Assembly: GCA_964016885.1 (NCBI GenBank)
Contig: OZ024740.1
Location: 313,224,001-313,288,000, forward strand
Length of the DNA: 64,000 bases
Source: Eledone cirrhosa
Taxonomy: Eukaryota
Direction of reading: 5' to 3'
Of this stretch, positions 1 through 11,357 are shown one piece after another. Under the pieces are notes generated by a model. It searched no databases. It was not told the origin of the DNA and worked only from the letters and a program-made list of their open reading frames with translations. The position numbers and the translations under genes were made by a program. The stretch's first letter is position 1. Every line of letters starts with the position of its first letter.

Positions 1-539
1 GTAAGCTGGTGTGTGCATGCGTGTGGAAGGAGAGGGGTCAGGGGGTGGGAGAGGTGGCGTGTGGATTCCGGAGGTTGACTGTGTATATGTAGGGCTACGC
101 ACGTGTGTGTTTGTGTTTATATGTGGTGTGGATGTGGTTGGCGTGGTGCGAAAAAAAATGTGAGTATGTTCATGGGTAAGTTCCTGAGGTAGTTCCGTTG
201 AGAGTGTGAAGAGATGCTGGATATTTTTCATGTTATGGAGTGGATGGCTGGAGAGATACCCGATAGTGTAGAATCTATACACTCATATATACATATACAC
301 TCATATAAACACAGACACATGCCCCACCTCCACACACATGTATGTATCGTTATACAACAAAAATTATTTGAAGTAGATTCCTGATATGCTTATATTGACA
401 TTTCAAAGCATTATTCGGCAAATAAAGACATTTACGTATTGATATATACCAGTGAAGCAAATATTTTTCAGTTACATATCCTACCAAGCAATATTCACTC
501 TACATTCATTTTATATACCTATATTGTACACATATATAT

Positions 540-710
540 AATTGTTTCTACTTTTGGCACAAGGCCAGCAATTACCAGTGCATTACTGGTACTTTATTTT
601 ATCGACCTCGGCGGGATTTGAACTGAGAATGTAGTTATATATATAATATATGTATTTAACCCATGCTAGCATGGAAAATGGACATTAAATGACGATGGTG
701 ATAATGATAT
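540..710. mobile_element. SINE fragments (minus-strand head/core remnant followed by a plus-strand RTE-type 3' tail)
   Basis: CTGGTACTTTATTTTATCGACCTCGGCGGGATTTGAACT (B-box-like on the minus strand; related copy at ~1470-1625), then AACCCATGCTAGCATGGAAAATGGACATTAAATGACGATG, similar to the RTE 3' end seen across the window. Confidence 0.55.
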
Positions 711-713
711 ATA

Positions 714-1275
714 CAGGGTTGGACAAAATAATGGAAACACCCTGCATCATAGCATCATAATTTTGAAATATCTATAAAACCGTCAAAAGCTTGTTTATTT
801 TTATTGTTCTCGAGGTGGTCATTAAGCTCTGCAGTAATTTTGGGAGCTGTACTTTTGTGATCCTTTCTAACAATTCGCGTAAGAGTCCGACGGTGCCTAT
901 CTGAAAGTTTTGGTTTTCTTCCGGAGTTTTGTTTCCACGAGGAGGTTTTCTCCTATTTCTCAAAGGCTGTCATTACTTTCGAGACAGCACTTCTTGATAC
1001 ACCAAACATTTCGGCTGTTTTCGTTACGCTAGCGTCTGGCATACGAACACCAACAATTTGACCTCTTTGAAAGTCCTATAGATCTGTCATTTTAATGAAT
1101 TTTAATTACCTTTTTCTGATATCTGAAAAGAAACAGCAATTTTAACAAAACATTGAGCAACACTAATAATAAATCAACAAACATAAAAAATAAACAAGCT
1201 TTTGACAGTTTTATAGATATTTCAAAATTATGATGCTATTATGCTAGGTGTTTCCATTATTTTGTCCAACTCCTG
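714..1275 (-). mobile_element. Internally deleted Tc1-like DNA transposon
   Basis: ~90-bp TIRs (CAGGGTTGGACAAAATAATGGAAACACC... / ...GGTGTTTCCATTATTTTGTCCAACTCCTG) flanked by TA. Minus strand from ATG at 1090 reads MTDL*DFQRGQIVGVRMPDASVTKTAEMFGVSRSAVSKVMTAF, then after a frameshift GKTSSWKQNSGRKPKLSDRHRRTLTRIVRK, a Tc1 transposase N-terminal HTH region. No DDE domain. Confidence 0.9.
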
Positions 1276-1469
1276 TATATATATATATATATGGATCTGT
1301 AATTTCTGAGGGAGTCGTAGGGGTGCCATATTGACATACGGCATTCCTAGGACATTTAAAAAAAAAACTTGGTGGAGCCCACCCCTCTCCAGGTCTAAAT
1401 ATAGCAGATTTCTTCCAGAGAAGGACAGAGAGTGAGAGAATGAAAGTGAGAAAAAAGATATAGAGGAAG

Positions 1470-1625
1470 AATTGACCCCAGTACTAAACTGGTACTTTTT
1501 TATTGACTTTGAATGGATGAAAGCAAAGTTGACCGTGGCAGGATTTGAACTGAAAGAGCAGAGAGCTGAAACAAATATGCAAAGCATGTTATTCAACATT
1601 CTAATGACTGCCACTTCACTGCCTC
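1470..1625 (-). mobile_element. tRNA-derived SINE fragment
   Basis: Same core as 540-640 and 7850-8000, with a B-box-like AGTTCAAATCC on the minus strand. Confidence 0.55.
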
Positions 1626-2654
1626 ATTATATAACCATATATTGTCTGTCTTGAGGCAAAGCATCCTCCCTTCTCATTCTCCACATAGGAAGTAAAGAGG
1701 GCTTTTCAGCCAAGTCATTGATGATTACCAACAATCTCCATTGTGCTGGTGCCATGATAAAATGCACCCAGTACACACTGTAAAATGGTTAATGATAGGA
1801 AGGGCACCCAGTTGTAGAAACCATGCCAAGACCTGTATGTACAAAACATGGGCTCCAGACATCTGGGAGGACAGCTTCAATTAAGTACTGTCTTGGTAAT
1901 TTTTCTAGGTTGTCTCCATTTCTTTTTTTAAAAACCAGAATTAGTCATTTAGTTTACATATTGGGACCCCCTTCCCCCATGTAATTTTTTTGTCATGCAT
2001 CATGTTTTTTAATGTATAAAGAAAATTAATTGATGCAGGAATGCTACCACTTAAAATAAAATTTTGCCAGAAATAGATTCACAAAATTTAAAAAGCAGGG
2101 GATGGAATCAGAGTGATGTAGTGGAAAAATTTTGAAAAATTAATAAGCAGGGGAGGGACGGGGGGGACGACGACGACGAGGACCACACCGATTATTCGAG
2201 ACCAGAGTGTATGCATTAACTATATACGTTTTACATATACCTAAAATAATTGAAGCAGAATATTAACCATGTAAACTTCAACGAGATACCTCTATACTTC
2301 AAATTGGTGTCGGAGTAGGGGTGATATTGAATAGTTACAGGTCTGACTTTTTTCCTTAGTGACTAAGTCTTTCTTTTTAACAAGTGATTGTACTGTGTCA
2401 GAATATAATATATAAAAATATAGAAAGAAAATTACTAACAGTAAATATAGTTTAATATGGTGGTAAAGAAAATGTCTTGCCTGTGAAGTTAACTGAACCT
2501 AGAAACTATGAGTCAGCAGATAACCTAATGTCATTCATTGTATTAAATGTTGGTGCTTCCTCCTGGAAGTCATAACAATAAATTCAATGATAGACATGAA
2601 ATGGTTTCATGATGAGTAACTAATCAACAATACTTAGTACTCAATACAACAAAA

Positions 2655-3093
2655 TTCTTCTTCTTCACCCACTTATTCCTGAGAGGGTCGTGGGGGCAGA
2701 GTCTTCATACACTCCGTCTAGCTGGTCCTGTCAAAAACAACCATCTCCAACTGATCCGGCTGGAACCCTAAGTAAGACCAGCCAAGCTCATGGATGTTAT
2801 CCAACCATCTTGCGCAGGTTCTACCCCTGGGTCCCCTGTCGGTTGGTTTTGCTTGTAAAATCTTTCCAGCAATTCTTACCTGCAACATTGTAACCACATA
2901 TCCATAGTATCAGAACTGTGATCTCTCAATTCAGAGAAGTATCGGCTCTACCTGGAATGACTCTCTGATCGCCGAGCTACTATCTAGTAACATTACTCCA
3001 AAGACCCTTTTGAGGGAGGAATCCCATTTCGGCAGCTTGTATTTGTGACCGTATTCTTTCGGTCATTACCCAAGATTCATGACCATAGGTATT
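2655..3093 (-). mobile_element. RTE-clade LINE 3' fragment (Expander-like), degenerate
   Basis: Minus strand TYGHESWVMTERIRSQIQAAEMGFL, typical of the RTE post-RT region, and a (GAA)n tail. Homologous copy at 55107-55467. Confidence 0.75.
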
Positions 3094-3292
3094 CATGTCA
3101 ACCTTAACTAAATTCTGAATATTAAAAATATGTCCAGAGAAATGACATCATAGAACAGCCAAGTTGAGATATTTTAAATTGTACAAAACATGATTTATGT
3201 GTCTCTTTCATAGTGTAACTGATAGAGTTTTAACAGTCTTAGATCAAGTTACTTATACAACTGTAGACTGTCCAGAGTTTCTCTAATCTATG

Positions 3293-3333
<41 letters not shown>

Positions 3334-3599
3334 CATATATATATATACACACTGGATCTCAACCAGGGGCCTGTGGTGAGTGATGGTTTGTTATGATGTA
3401 TTTTTTCTCAGCACCATAAATAACTGATAGTATTTTGTTGATATTTGAGAAAGCAAGTAACAATGCATCCTATACACACACACTGACCCAAGCACATACA
3501 AAGAATATTCATAACTTCAAAAGGTCTATATACAATATTTACAGGTCATGCATTCCTTCTACAAATGTATACACATTTAAAGCCAGAATTGAATACAAA

Positions 3600-4385
3600 A
3601 TATAATCGATAAAGTGCAACATTTGGTCCATAGGTGTGTCACATACAAGATACAATGTGGTTTGCTTTCCCAAAATTATATTGGCAATGCTCATCACAAA
3701 ATGTGGGCAGTATTTTCTGAATTTCTTTTATAGGAAGTTTACCCGGTACATGATCCAGGAATTTGGCAGTTCTCTTGTTTACCAGGCCTAGTGTCCCAAC
3801 TTTAATTGCTAAAAACTTTATTTGTCAACATAACCATCATCATAATATTACAAAGAAAAAGAGAAAAAAAGAAGAAAAGGGAAAGGAAAAAAGCACACAA
3901 GCAGGTAATGCACACATCTAGGACCACATACAACAAAAGGCAAGCGAAAGGAGTGGACAAATGAACCACTCCCAGAGCAAAAGATAATATCCCAAGGAAT
4001 ATTAGAAAACCTCTCTAATAATTTTTGAGGCAAACTGGAATAGTAATGGCTTTCATATCCCATATTTTTTTAATTTCTATTTCAAGATCCTTGTACTTTA
4101 TTATTATCATTATTGTTATTTGGAACTTCCTTTGGTTTCTGCTTCTTTCCCAAACCATACCAAGTGTCAACCTAACACCTAAGGAAAAATTTGATAATAT
4201 ACACATTTTACAATCAATTGTCATACAGATGATGCCATAAGGGCATAAACATCAGTAAATGCCTTTGCAAGGTTTTAAAATTGATAATGCCCTTCACAGC
4301 ACTATTTTCTGGATCTCTTGCAGAGATGGCTTTCCAGGTATCTGGTCCAAATAATTTTCAGCATCCTTTTTATCATTCTCTTGTG
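3600..4385 (-). mobile_element. Cluster of R4/Dong-type non-LTR retrotransposon 3' fragments (restriction-like endonuclease C-terminus)
   Basis: Minus-strand peptides KYKDLEIEIKKIWDMKAITIPV (~4040-4100), MIKKDAENYLDQIPGKPSLQEIQKIVL (~4300-4380) and VGTLGLVNKRTAKFLDHVPGKL..EIQKI..AHIL (~3700-3810), with a (TAA)n-like tract at ~4100-4118. Confidence 0.7.
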
Positions 4386-4809
4386 CATCTGTTATGTCCT
4401 TCTGAATTTTGAATATGATATTTGCCTATAATATTTTGAAATGTTTGTCTGTTTCAAAAGTTAGTATTACTAATATATCAAAATTAAAAATGTTTAAAAA
4501 CTCCATATCAAAAACATACGATAAACAAACTTCAGGTGACCAATGTAATTTACAAAGTTGTAAACATTATGACTAACTGCTTCTTTTGACATATATGCAT
4601 ATTATCTTCTCAATGGTTAATCAAGTGTTTCTACACAGGTCCACTACAACATATTACATAATTAAACTAAAAACAAAACTCAGTAAGGTAGCCTATATTT
4701 GGTTATTTGTTTGGCTAAAATTAACAACCAAAACTCCCTGAAATCACTCCCTATTATCTTACAAAAACCCAACAAAAATACTCATTATACAATATTATCC
4801 TTGATATAT

Positions 4810-5150
4810 TCATCATCATCACCATTTAACATCTATGTTTCAATGTTAGCATGGGTTAGATGAGTTATCCCATTGAGAGACAAGTCAGATCAGATGACCA
4901 TGTCTTGCTCATACAGAACTCATTTTAGCTTGGTTTCTATGGTTTGAGCCCTTCTTATCGCCAACCACATTTATAGTGCGTACTGGGTGCTTTTTGTCAT
5001 GACATTGATATGACCACTTTGCAGTGTGGGCTGGGTGCTTTTTGTCAGGACACCCACACGACAACTTTATAGTGTGGGCCGGGTGCTTTTTGTCATGATA
5101 CCTACATGACTGCTTTACAGTGTGGACAGGGTGCTTTTTATCATGACACA
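4810..5150 (-). mobile_element. SINE/RTE 3'-UTR derivative with about 4 tandem ~40-50-bp subrepeats
   Basis: (CAT)n tail at ~4810 and repeated units ...AGTGTGGGCTGGGTGCTTTTTGTCATGACA..., related to the two subrepeats in the RTE 3' UTR. Confidence 0.65.
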
Positions 5151-5226
5151 TAATATATATATGCAAAAGTATCAACAGAAACTCAATCTTCTTTCATCAA
5201 ATACTTGATTTTATATATATATATAT

Positions 5227-5340
5227 ATGAAAAGATTCAAGGGGTCGTGAATCTTTTCATGTTACCCACTCTACTACCCCAAGTATCGAGTACTCTAGTG
5301 GGTTATGGTCTACCTGGTTTTTTACCACACCCTTTCTGAT
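5227..5340. mobile_element. Hairpin-plus-tail element, internally deleted copy
   Basis: ATGAAAAGATTCA-N8-TGAATCTTTTCAT followed by tail CCCACTCTACTACCCCAAGTATCGAGTACTC...TTACCACA, homologous to the tails at 11162 and 60691. Confidence 0.75.
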
Positions 5341-5345
5341 ATGTA

Positions 5346-5860
5346 TAGAATAAGAAAATGCGAAGTAGTTTCAGATGTTAAAGTCCTTTATTGATAATGC
5401 TGTGATACATATTACAATGACGACAGTGGCCACAAGATTCTGTGTACCCAGTGCCATGACATCATCAGACAGCTTCTTGCATAATAAGGTTACGTTCCTG
5501 AGGCAATCCAAACAGAAACAACAAGGGAACGGACAAAGCAGGTGTTCTTGAATCCTTGCAAGGGAACGGGCGAAGGATTCAAGAACACGCGCTTTGTCCG
5601 TTCCCTTGTCGTTTCAATTTGGATTGCCTCGGGAACGTAACCTTATTATGCAAGAAGCTGTCTTATGATGTCATGACACTGGGTACACAGAATCTTGTGG
5701 CCACTGTCGTCATTGTAATATGCATCACAGCTTTATCAATAAAGGACTTTAACATCTGAAACTACTTCGCATTTTCTTATTCTAAATATACTCCGTCATT
5801 ACTAAGTAGAAAAAGTATGTTGAGTGCTTGAATTGAATTGCATCAATGTTTACTGTAAGT
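5346..5860. mobile_element. Foldback element: ~212-bp inverted arms, 15-nt spacer, ~75-nt unique tail
   Basis: 5346-5557 is the reverse complement of 5573-5784 with scattered mismatches; unique sequence follows to (TA)n at ~5860. Confidence 0.85.
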
Positions 5861-6381
5861 ATATATATATATATATTATATATAGAGAGAATATTAAGCA
5901 CAGATCTATATTAATAACCAATTATGATGTTATGATGTAAAATTAACAGATAGATAACAAAATAATACCAAATTATGAATGCTGAAACAAACCAGTTATG
6001 AATAGTCACAAATTTAAAAGCTGGCTATAACAACAACTTCAAGATTAATATATCACCATTTTCATGATTTTTTCCTGTAATAAAGCAGCAATACCAAACA
6101 ATAACAGCTTTATTCAGAAATCAGATAGAGAAGGAGCAGAAACATCAATAAATCTAGCAATAATATTATTCGAAATAAAATATGAAAAAAAAACACTAAT
6201 TAGGAAATCTAAAATCTAAATGAAAAAGATAAATTTAGAACACAATCTGGTTTTTACACCAGATGTTTAAGAGAGAATATATATATATATATATATATAT
6301 TGCATACATTCAAAACCGAGTCTGAGTGAGTCACTATTCTGAATTTATATTTATATATAATTAGTTACAACAGTGACATAT

Positions 6382-6431
6382 ACAGGTACTTAAGTTTCGT
6401 TGGGTTATACACACCAACTCATTCAGCCTGT
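6382..6431 (-). ncRNA. Type I minimal hammerhead ribozyme motif (Penelope pLTR-type) with an 8-nt core
   Basis: Minus strand ACAGG-CTGAATGA-GTTGG(tgtgtataac)CCAAC-GAA-AC-TTAA-GT-A-CCTGT: stems I, II and III all pair, loop III is palindromic, cleavage triplet GUA. Confidence 0.75.
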
Positions 6432-6523
6432 TGTATAAATTATACTTATAATTATACTGAACTTGTCCTATGGACTAAGTGCTCTTACCCTTGGATATTT
6501 CTACCAAACTTATACTACAGTAG

Positions 6524-6555
<32 letters not shown>

Positions 6556-6644
6556 ATGTAAAAGGTAAACAGAAAGAACAACACAATCGGTACAGTATAT
6601 GGAAGGAATATATTAGGTTAACGCTTGAAATAGCAGGAAGAGAG

Positions 6645-6680
6645 TCTTAACGTTTCAGATGCTAGTCCTTCATCAGAAGA
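6645..6680 (-). ncRNA. Ultra-minimal hammerhead ribozyme motif (Penelope pLTR-type)
   Basis: Minus strand TCTT-CTGATGA-A-GGA(ctagca)TCT-GAAACGT-T-AAGA. Confidence 0.65.
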
Positions 6681-6834
6681 AAGAATGAGACATAAGATAG
6701 ATTGAAAGGACGGGCAGGTTGGAATTGGAAAAAATGTCTTTAAATAAAAATAACAGGTCCATTCATGTTGACATCTCTTGCAAAACTGTTGGTCCTGGCC
6801 TTTTGTGTATGATTTATTTTTTTGGATGATGGAG

Positions 6835-7110
6835 CGCGTCTTGGCACTCAGTCAGCTACGACGACAAGTGTTCCTGTTGATCTGATCAATGGAACAGCCT
6901 GCTTGTGAAATTAACGTGCAAGTAGCTGAACATTCCATAGACACATGTGCCCTTAATGAAGTTCTCAGGGAGATTCAGCATTACACAGAAGGTTACAAGG
7001 TTGACCCTTCCAATTACAGGTACAACTCATTTTTGCCAGCTGAGTTGACTGGAGCAACATAAAATAAAGTGTATTGCTCCACAACGCACCACCAGGAATC
7101 AAACTCCCTT
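6835..7110 (-). mobile_element. tRNA-derived SINE, partial
   Basis: Core CCAGCTGAGTTGACTGGAGCAAC..AAATAAAGTG shared with SINEs at 50065 and 55480; B-box-like GAGTTTGATTCC on the minus strand. Confidence 0.65.
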
Positions 7111-7849
7111 CAGTAATGTGGTTGGCGTTAGGAAGTGCACCCAGCTAAAGAAACTAAACGTAAAATACAGATCTGAATGAACAAGACTTTATGAGACAAG
7201 TTAGGTCACCTGATCTAACTTGTCTCATAACGCGACATGTTTAACCTATGAAAGCATGGAAAAAATAGACATTAAACAATGATGATGATATACTTGTATT
7301 CAATATCAAGTCTGAGTGAGGAGCTATTCCGAATCTCTCTCTCTATATATATAGAGTTTCAGATGATCACACTTTAAGATGAAAGCAGAACTTGTTTGCT
7401 TAAACTTTTAATCAGTGCTAATAATAAATATATATATATAAAGTTGGTGCTTTTCATTGAAAAGTGCCTCATTGGAGTACTGGGGCAGTAACATTTGACC
7501 TTATTCCCGACTGCGGTCATGTTGCCATGACTCATTCTTGTGAGGCTAGCAAGTACATGGTAACATGGTTGTCTATGGGTCACAGAGTTGTGCCCTGAAC
7601 CCGTTGTCACTGTCATATTCTAATATGTGCACATATCAGCCAGTAAGTGTCAGTGCAGAATTTGCGTGCTTCTTTGTATTGCTTTATCTAGACATGGTTA
7701 ACTGTTGGGGAAGGGGAGAATGTAGCTCACCAATTGCTAAGCAAGCCCAGCTCTGAGTTGTATGATTATTTTGAAATTCATGTGACACAACCACCTTTCC
7801 ATTTTCTGCTGCACCTAACACAAGTAATATAGAGGTGAGGATTGGACAA

Positions 7850-8000
7850 TTAAAATGGTAGATTGGCAGAATCACAGAATCATTAGAGTGTTGGACAAAT
7901 ATCTTGAGCTATTTATTCCAACTCTTTGTATTCCGAGTTCAAATCTTGCCAAGGTGAACTTACCATTTCCTCCTCTCATATCAGTTAAGTATTAGGCCAA
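7850..8000 (+). mobile_element. tRNA-headed SINE 5' fragment
   Basis: A-box-like TGGCAGAATC and B-box GAGTTCAAATC. Confidence 0.5.
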
Positions 8001-8170
8001 TTCCCCTATCCCCATCTCTCTCTCGGAATTGACTGATCCCTGCTTGGCTATTTATCCACATGAGCATGCCAGCAAGTCTCAAGAACAGATAAGAGAGTTG
8101 AGCAAGGGGAAAGCAGCCACATCTCATAAATAAAACAAAAACAAACAAAAATATACACCCTAACTTACTA

Positions 8171-8256
8171 TTAGGTCCTTAAGTATGAAATGTCCGATTT
8201 TTCTAGGCACTTATAATTTGAAATCGGACATTTGATTCTTATACTTAATAACCCAA
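8171..8256. mobile_element. Tiny mariner-like MITE
   Basis: TA-flanked imperfect TIRs TTAGGTCCTTAAGTATGAAATGTCCGATTT / AAATCGGACATTTG..TATACTTAATAACCCAA. Confidence 0.6.
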
Positions 8257-8268
8257 TAGACAAACCAT

Positions 8269-8694
8269 TCATCATCATCATCATCGTTTAACGTCCATCT
8301 TCCACGCTTGCATGGGTTTGGACTGGAATTTTCCCACTTGAGGCAAGATTTGTTGTCCTGCTCGTATAGGACTGTCTGGCGGGTTTTCTACGGCTGGATG
8401 CCCTTCCTAACACCAACCACGTTTACAGTATGGACTCGGAGGTTTTTACCGTGTTACCTACACGGCCACATTACAGCGTGGACTGTGTGTTTTTTTTGTC
8501 GTGACCCCTACACGACCTCATTTGTTTCGGACTGGATGTTGTGGTACCAACATAACTTCACATTTAAGGGGGGGGGGTGGATGGGGGGGGGGGGGTAATG
8601 GGACGGGGTGTATTTTGTTAGAGGTGCCTACTGACTGTAGGTTTCGCTTTGTACTTAGGCAAGGCGGGTCTTCTGTATGACTGTGTAGCGCCAA
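8269..8694 (-). mobile_element. RTE-PHD LINE subfamily B, 3' end only
   Basis: Colinear with 14256-14665; (CAT)n tail on the + strand. Confidence 0.9.
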
Positions 8695-9433
8695 TTCAAA
8701 GTAAAAAAAAAAAACCCAAATACTTTTGATGCCCAGAAGCAGACATGGTCGGTGTATGTGAAATGCTGTATATTGCAGCATAGAACAGATAAAGACTAAG
8801 GAGTATGTATTGGAAAACAAGCATAAAAGGATGATGATAATGATGATGATCACATACATAATATCTATAAATATAAATCTGTGTATCCCAGTTTTTAGAA
8901 TAGGTACACCATATCTCTACATAAGAAGCAACAAAAAAGTTTGGCATCATGAAGGACTTCTAATCCCAGAATACAACTTCAAAGGGGTCCCGTCCAAACC
9001 AGGCCAGTATAGGGAAAAGGTGGATGTTAATTGATGATGATGAATATAATATATATGGATTAGTAGATAAATAGATAGATGTGTGTGTGTGTATATAATT
9101 ATTAAAAGTATGGATGAGGTGTCAAATTTTCAAGTTTATTTAGGTGTGATGTGTGTTTCGAGATTGATCAGCTCAAGGTTCAATCTCTATTAGTCAGGTC
9201 TGACTCTGGAATCAAAAGCTCATCAGACTTCTGTTAGCTTTATATATACATATGTGTGTCTGTGTGTGTGTATGTGTATGTGTGTGGTGTGTGTGTGTGT
9301 AATTGTATTAAAATATATATATATATATATATAAGCATTTATTAATATATATATATATATGCATGTGTATATATGTATATATATATGTGCGTGTATACAT
9401 GTATATATATATATGTGTGTGTGTATGTATATA

Positions 9434-9481
<48 letters not shown>

Positions 9482-9887
9482 GTATGTATATATACATATA
9501 TACACATATATATATATAAGGGTGGAGAGGTGTACCCAGGTTTGTGTATACATATCTAAAAACACGCATGTACATTCATATATATAAACATGTATGTATA
9601 TTATGTATGTGTATATATATATATATATATTGTACACAGCTTTTCTCATAAATATAAAAAAAAATGTAACATACCTTCTCTTTTTCAGCCATAGACATTT
9701 CTTTGGTGTATGTATATATATTTTTATAGTATTTATATGTGTATAATGTTCATGTATATATGATATTTGTCATGTCTGGTTAATTCAAAAACATTGTAAA
9801 TATTCCACGGTGAAACAGAATACATGAAATTAGGCAATAGATACAGTTTAAAAAGGTGATCCACTGTGCTATATCCAATAGTGATAC

Positions 9888-9925
<38 letters not shown>

Positions 9926-10030
9926 AAAATAGGATATATCAATGAATCCACATGACAGAAGGTGTCAGGGTCAAGGAACTGAATAATAAAGTTGTGTATT
10001 CTAGGATTTCTAGATATGACAGTGTAAGTA

Positions 10031-10071
<41 letters not shown>

Positions 10072-10080
10072 GTGTGTGTG

Positions 10081-10113
<33 letters not shown>

Positions 10114-10387
10114 ATGTGTGTGTCTGAATATTTCAGGCTATATATGTCGTTATATCACAGTATATCAGGTAAGGACAGAATGGGATGTCTTTAAACCACA
10201 ATATCTGTCTATCTATCTATCTATCTATCAGTATATTATATAAGGAGTTATATGTGAGAAGTAATATAGAAATGACATCTAACTATAACACAGTGTTTTA
10301 AAGTAGTGAGAGATATCTATGAAATAATGGGCGGTTACTGTTGGTGTTACAATAACATATATAACGATACAATAACTTTTATAGAGG

Positions 10388-10390
<3 letters not shown>

Positions 10391-10441
<51 letters not shown>

Positions 10442-10990
10442 TGTGTGTGAGGGAGTGAGAGAGACGATGTGGGCATAGGAAGGAGGGAAAGAGAGGGGTA
10501 GAGATAGAGAGAGATGGTGTGATCATAGAAAGAGGCAGAGAGAGAGAGAGAGACGGTGTGAACATAGAAAGGAGAGAGAAAGAGAGAAAAAACGGTGTGT
10601 ACATAGAAAGGAGAGAGAGGGGGGATAGATGTTGAGAGAGAGGGGGATAGATGTTGAGAGACAGTGGGAGTGGAAAAGTGTGGGTGTTAGAAATAGAGAG
10701 AAAAAGAATGACATTTTGTGTATGTGTGCATGAATGGGTACACTGGGGAGGGGGAGGAAGTAGATCAATAGAGAGAATGAAGAGAGAACAGTCTGTAAGG
10801 GAGAGAGAGAGAGGGGAGAGAGAGAAAGAAAGATATGTGGAGAGTAAATATAGGAAAGAAGAGGAAAAGTTAGTCTGAAAAGAGAGAGAAAGAGGCGAGA
10901 AAGAGAGGGAGAGAGAGAGAGGGATGAGGGAGAGAGAGAGAGAGGGGGATGAGGGAGAGAGAGAAGGGAAGGAGGGCATAAGGAATGGAG
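10391..10990. repeat. (GA)n / polypurine low-complexity tract
   Basis: Seen directly in the sequence. Confidence 0.9.
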
Positions 10991-11132
10991 AAAAAGTGTC
11001 AAAGTGTATGCATGTATGTGAGTGTGTCAATATATATATATATATATATATATAGATGATATATACATATATGTACATATATATATATATGTACATATAT
11101 GTATATATGTACATATATATATATATATGTAC

Positions 11133-11161
<29 letters not shown>

Positions 11162-11163
<2 letters not shown>

Positions 11164-11357
11164 ACGAAGGAAATGTGGTAAGGAACCAGATGGACCATAA
11201 CGCACCAAAGTACTCAATACTTAGGGTAGTAGAGTGGGTAATAGGAACGAGTAGGACCCCCGACGGCTGAGCTCAAGCCGTTTCGACGGCTAATTCTGGA
11301 CTCCAGAATTAGCCGTCGAAATGGCTTGAGCTCAGCCGTCGGGGTCCTACTCGTTCC

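Noticed and set aside
1-280. GT-rich unique-looking segment as a possible exon or element end
   Set aside because: No recognisable protein motif or structure, and it is truncated by the window edge.
9223-9649. Overlapping YIYI/HTHT ORFs here and at 18000-18673, 19825-21335, 28925-30208, 33477-34947, 35067-44485, 46605-50085 and 59382-60174
   Set aside because: TA/CA microsatellites lack stop codons; they are open in several frames on both strands with no protein-like content.
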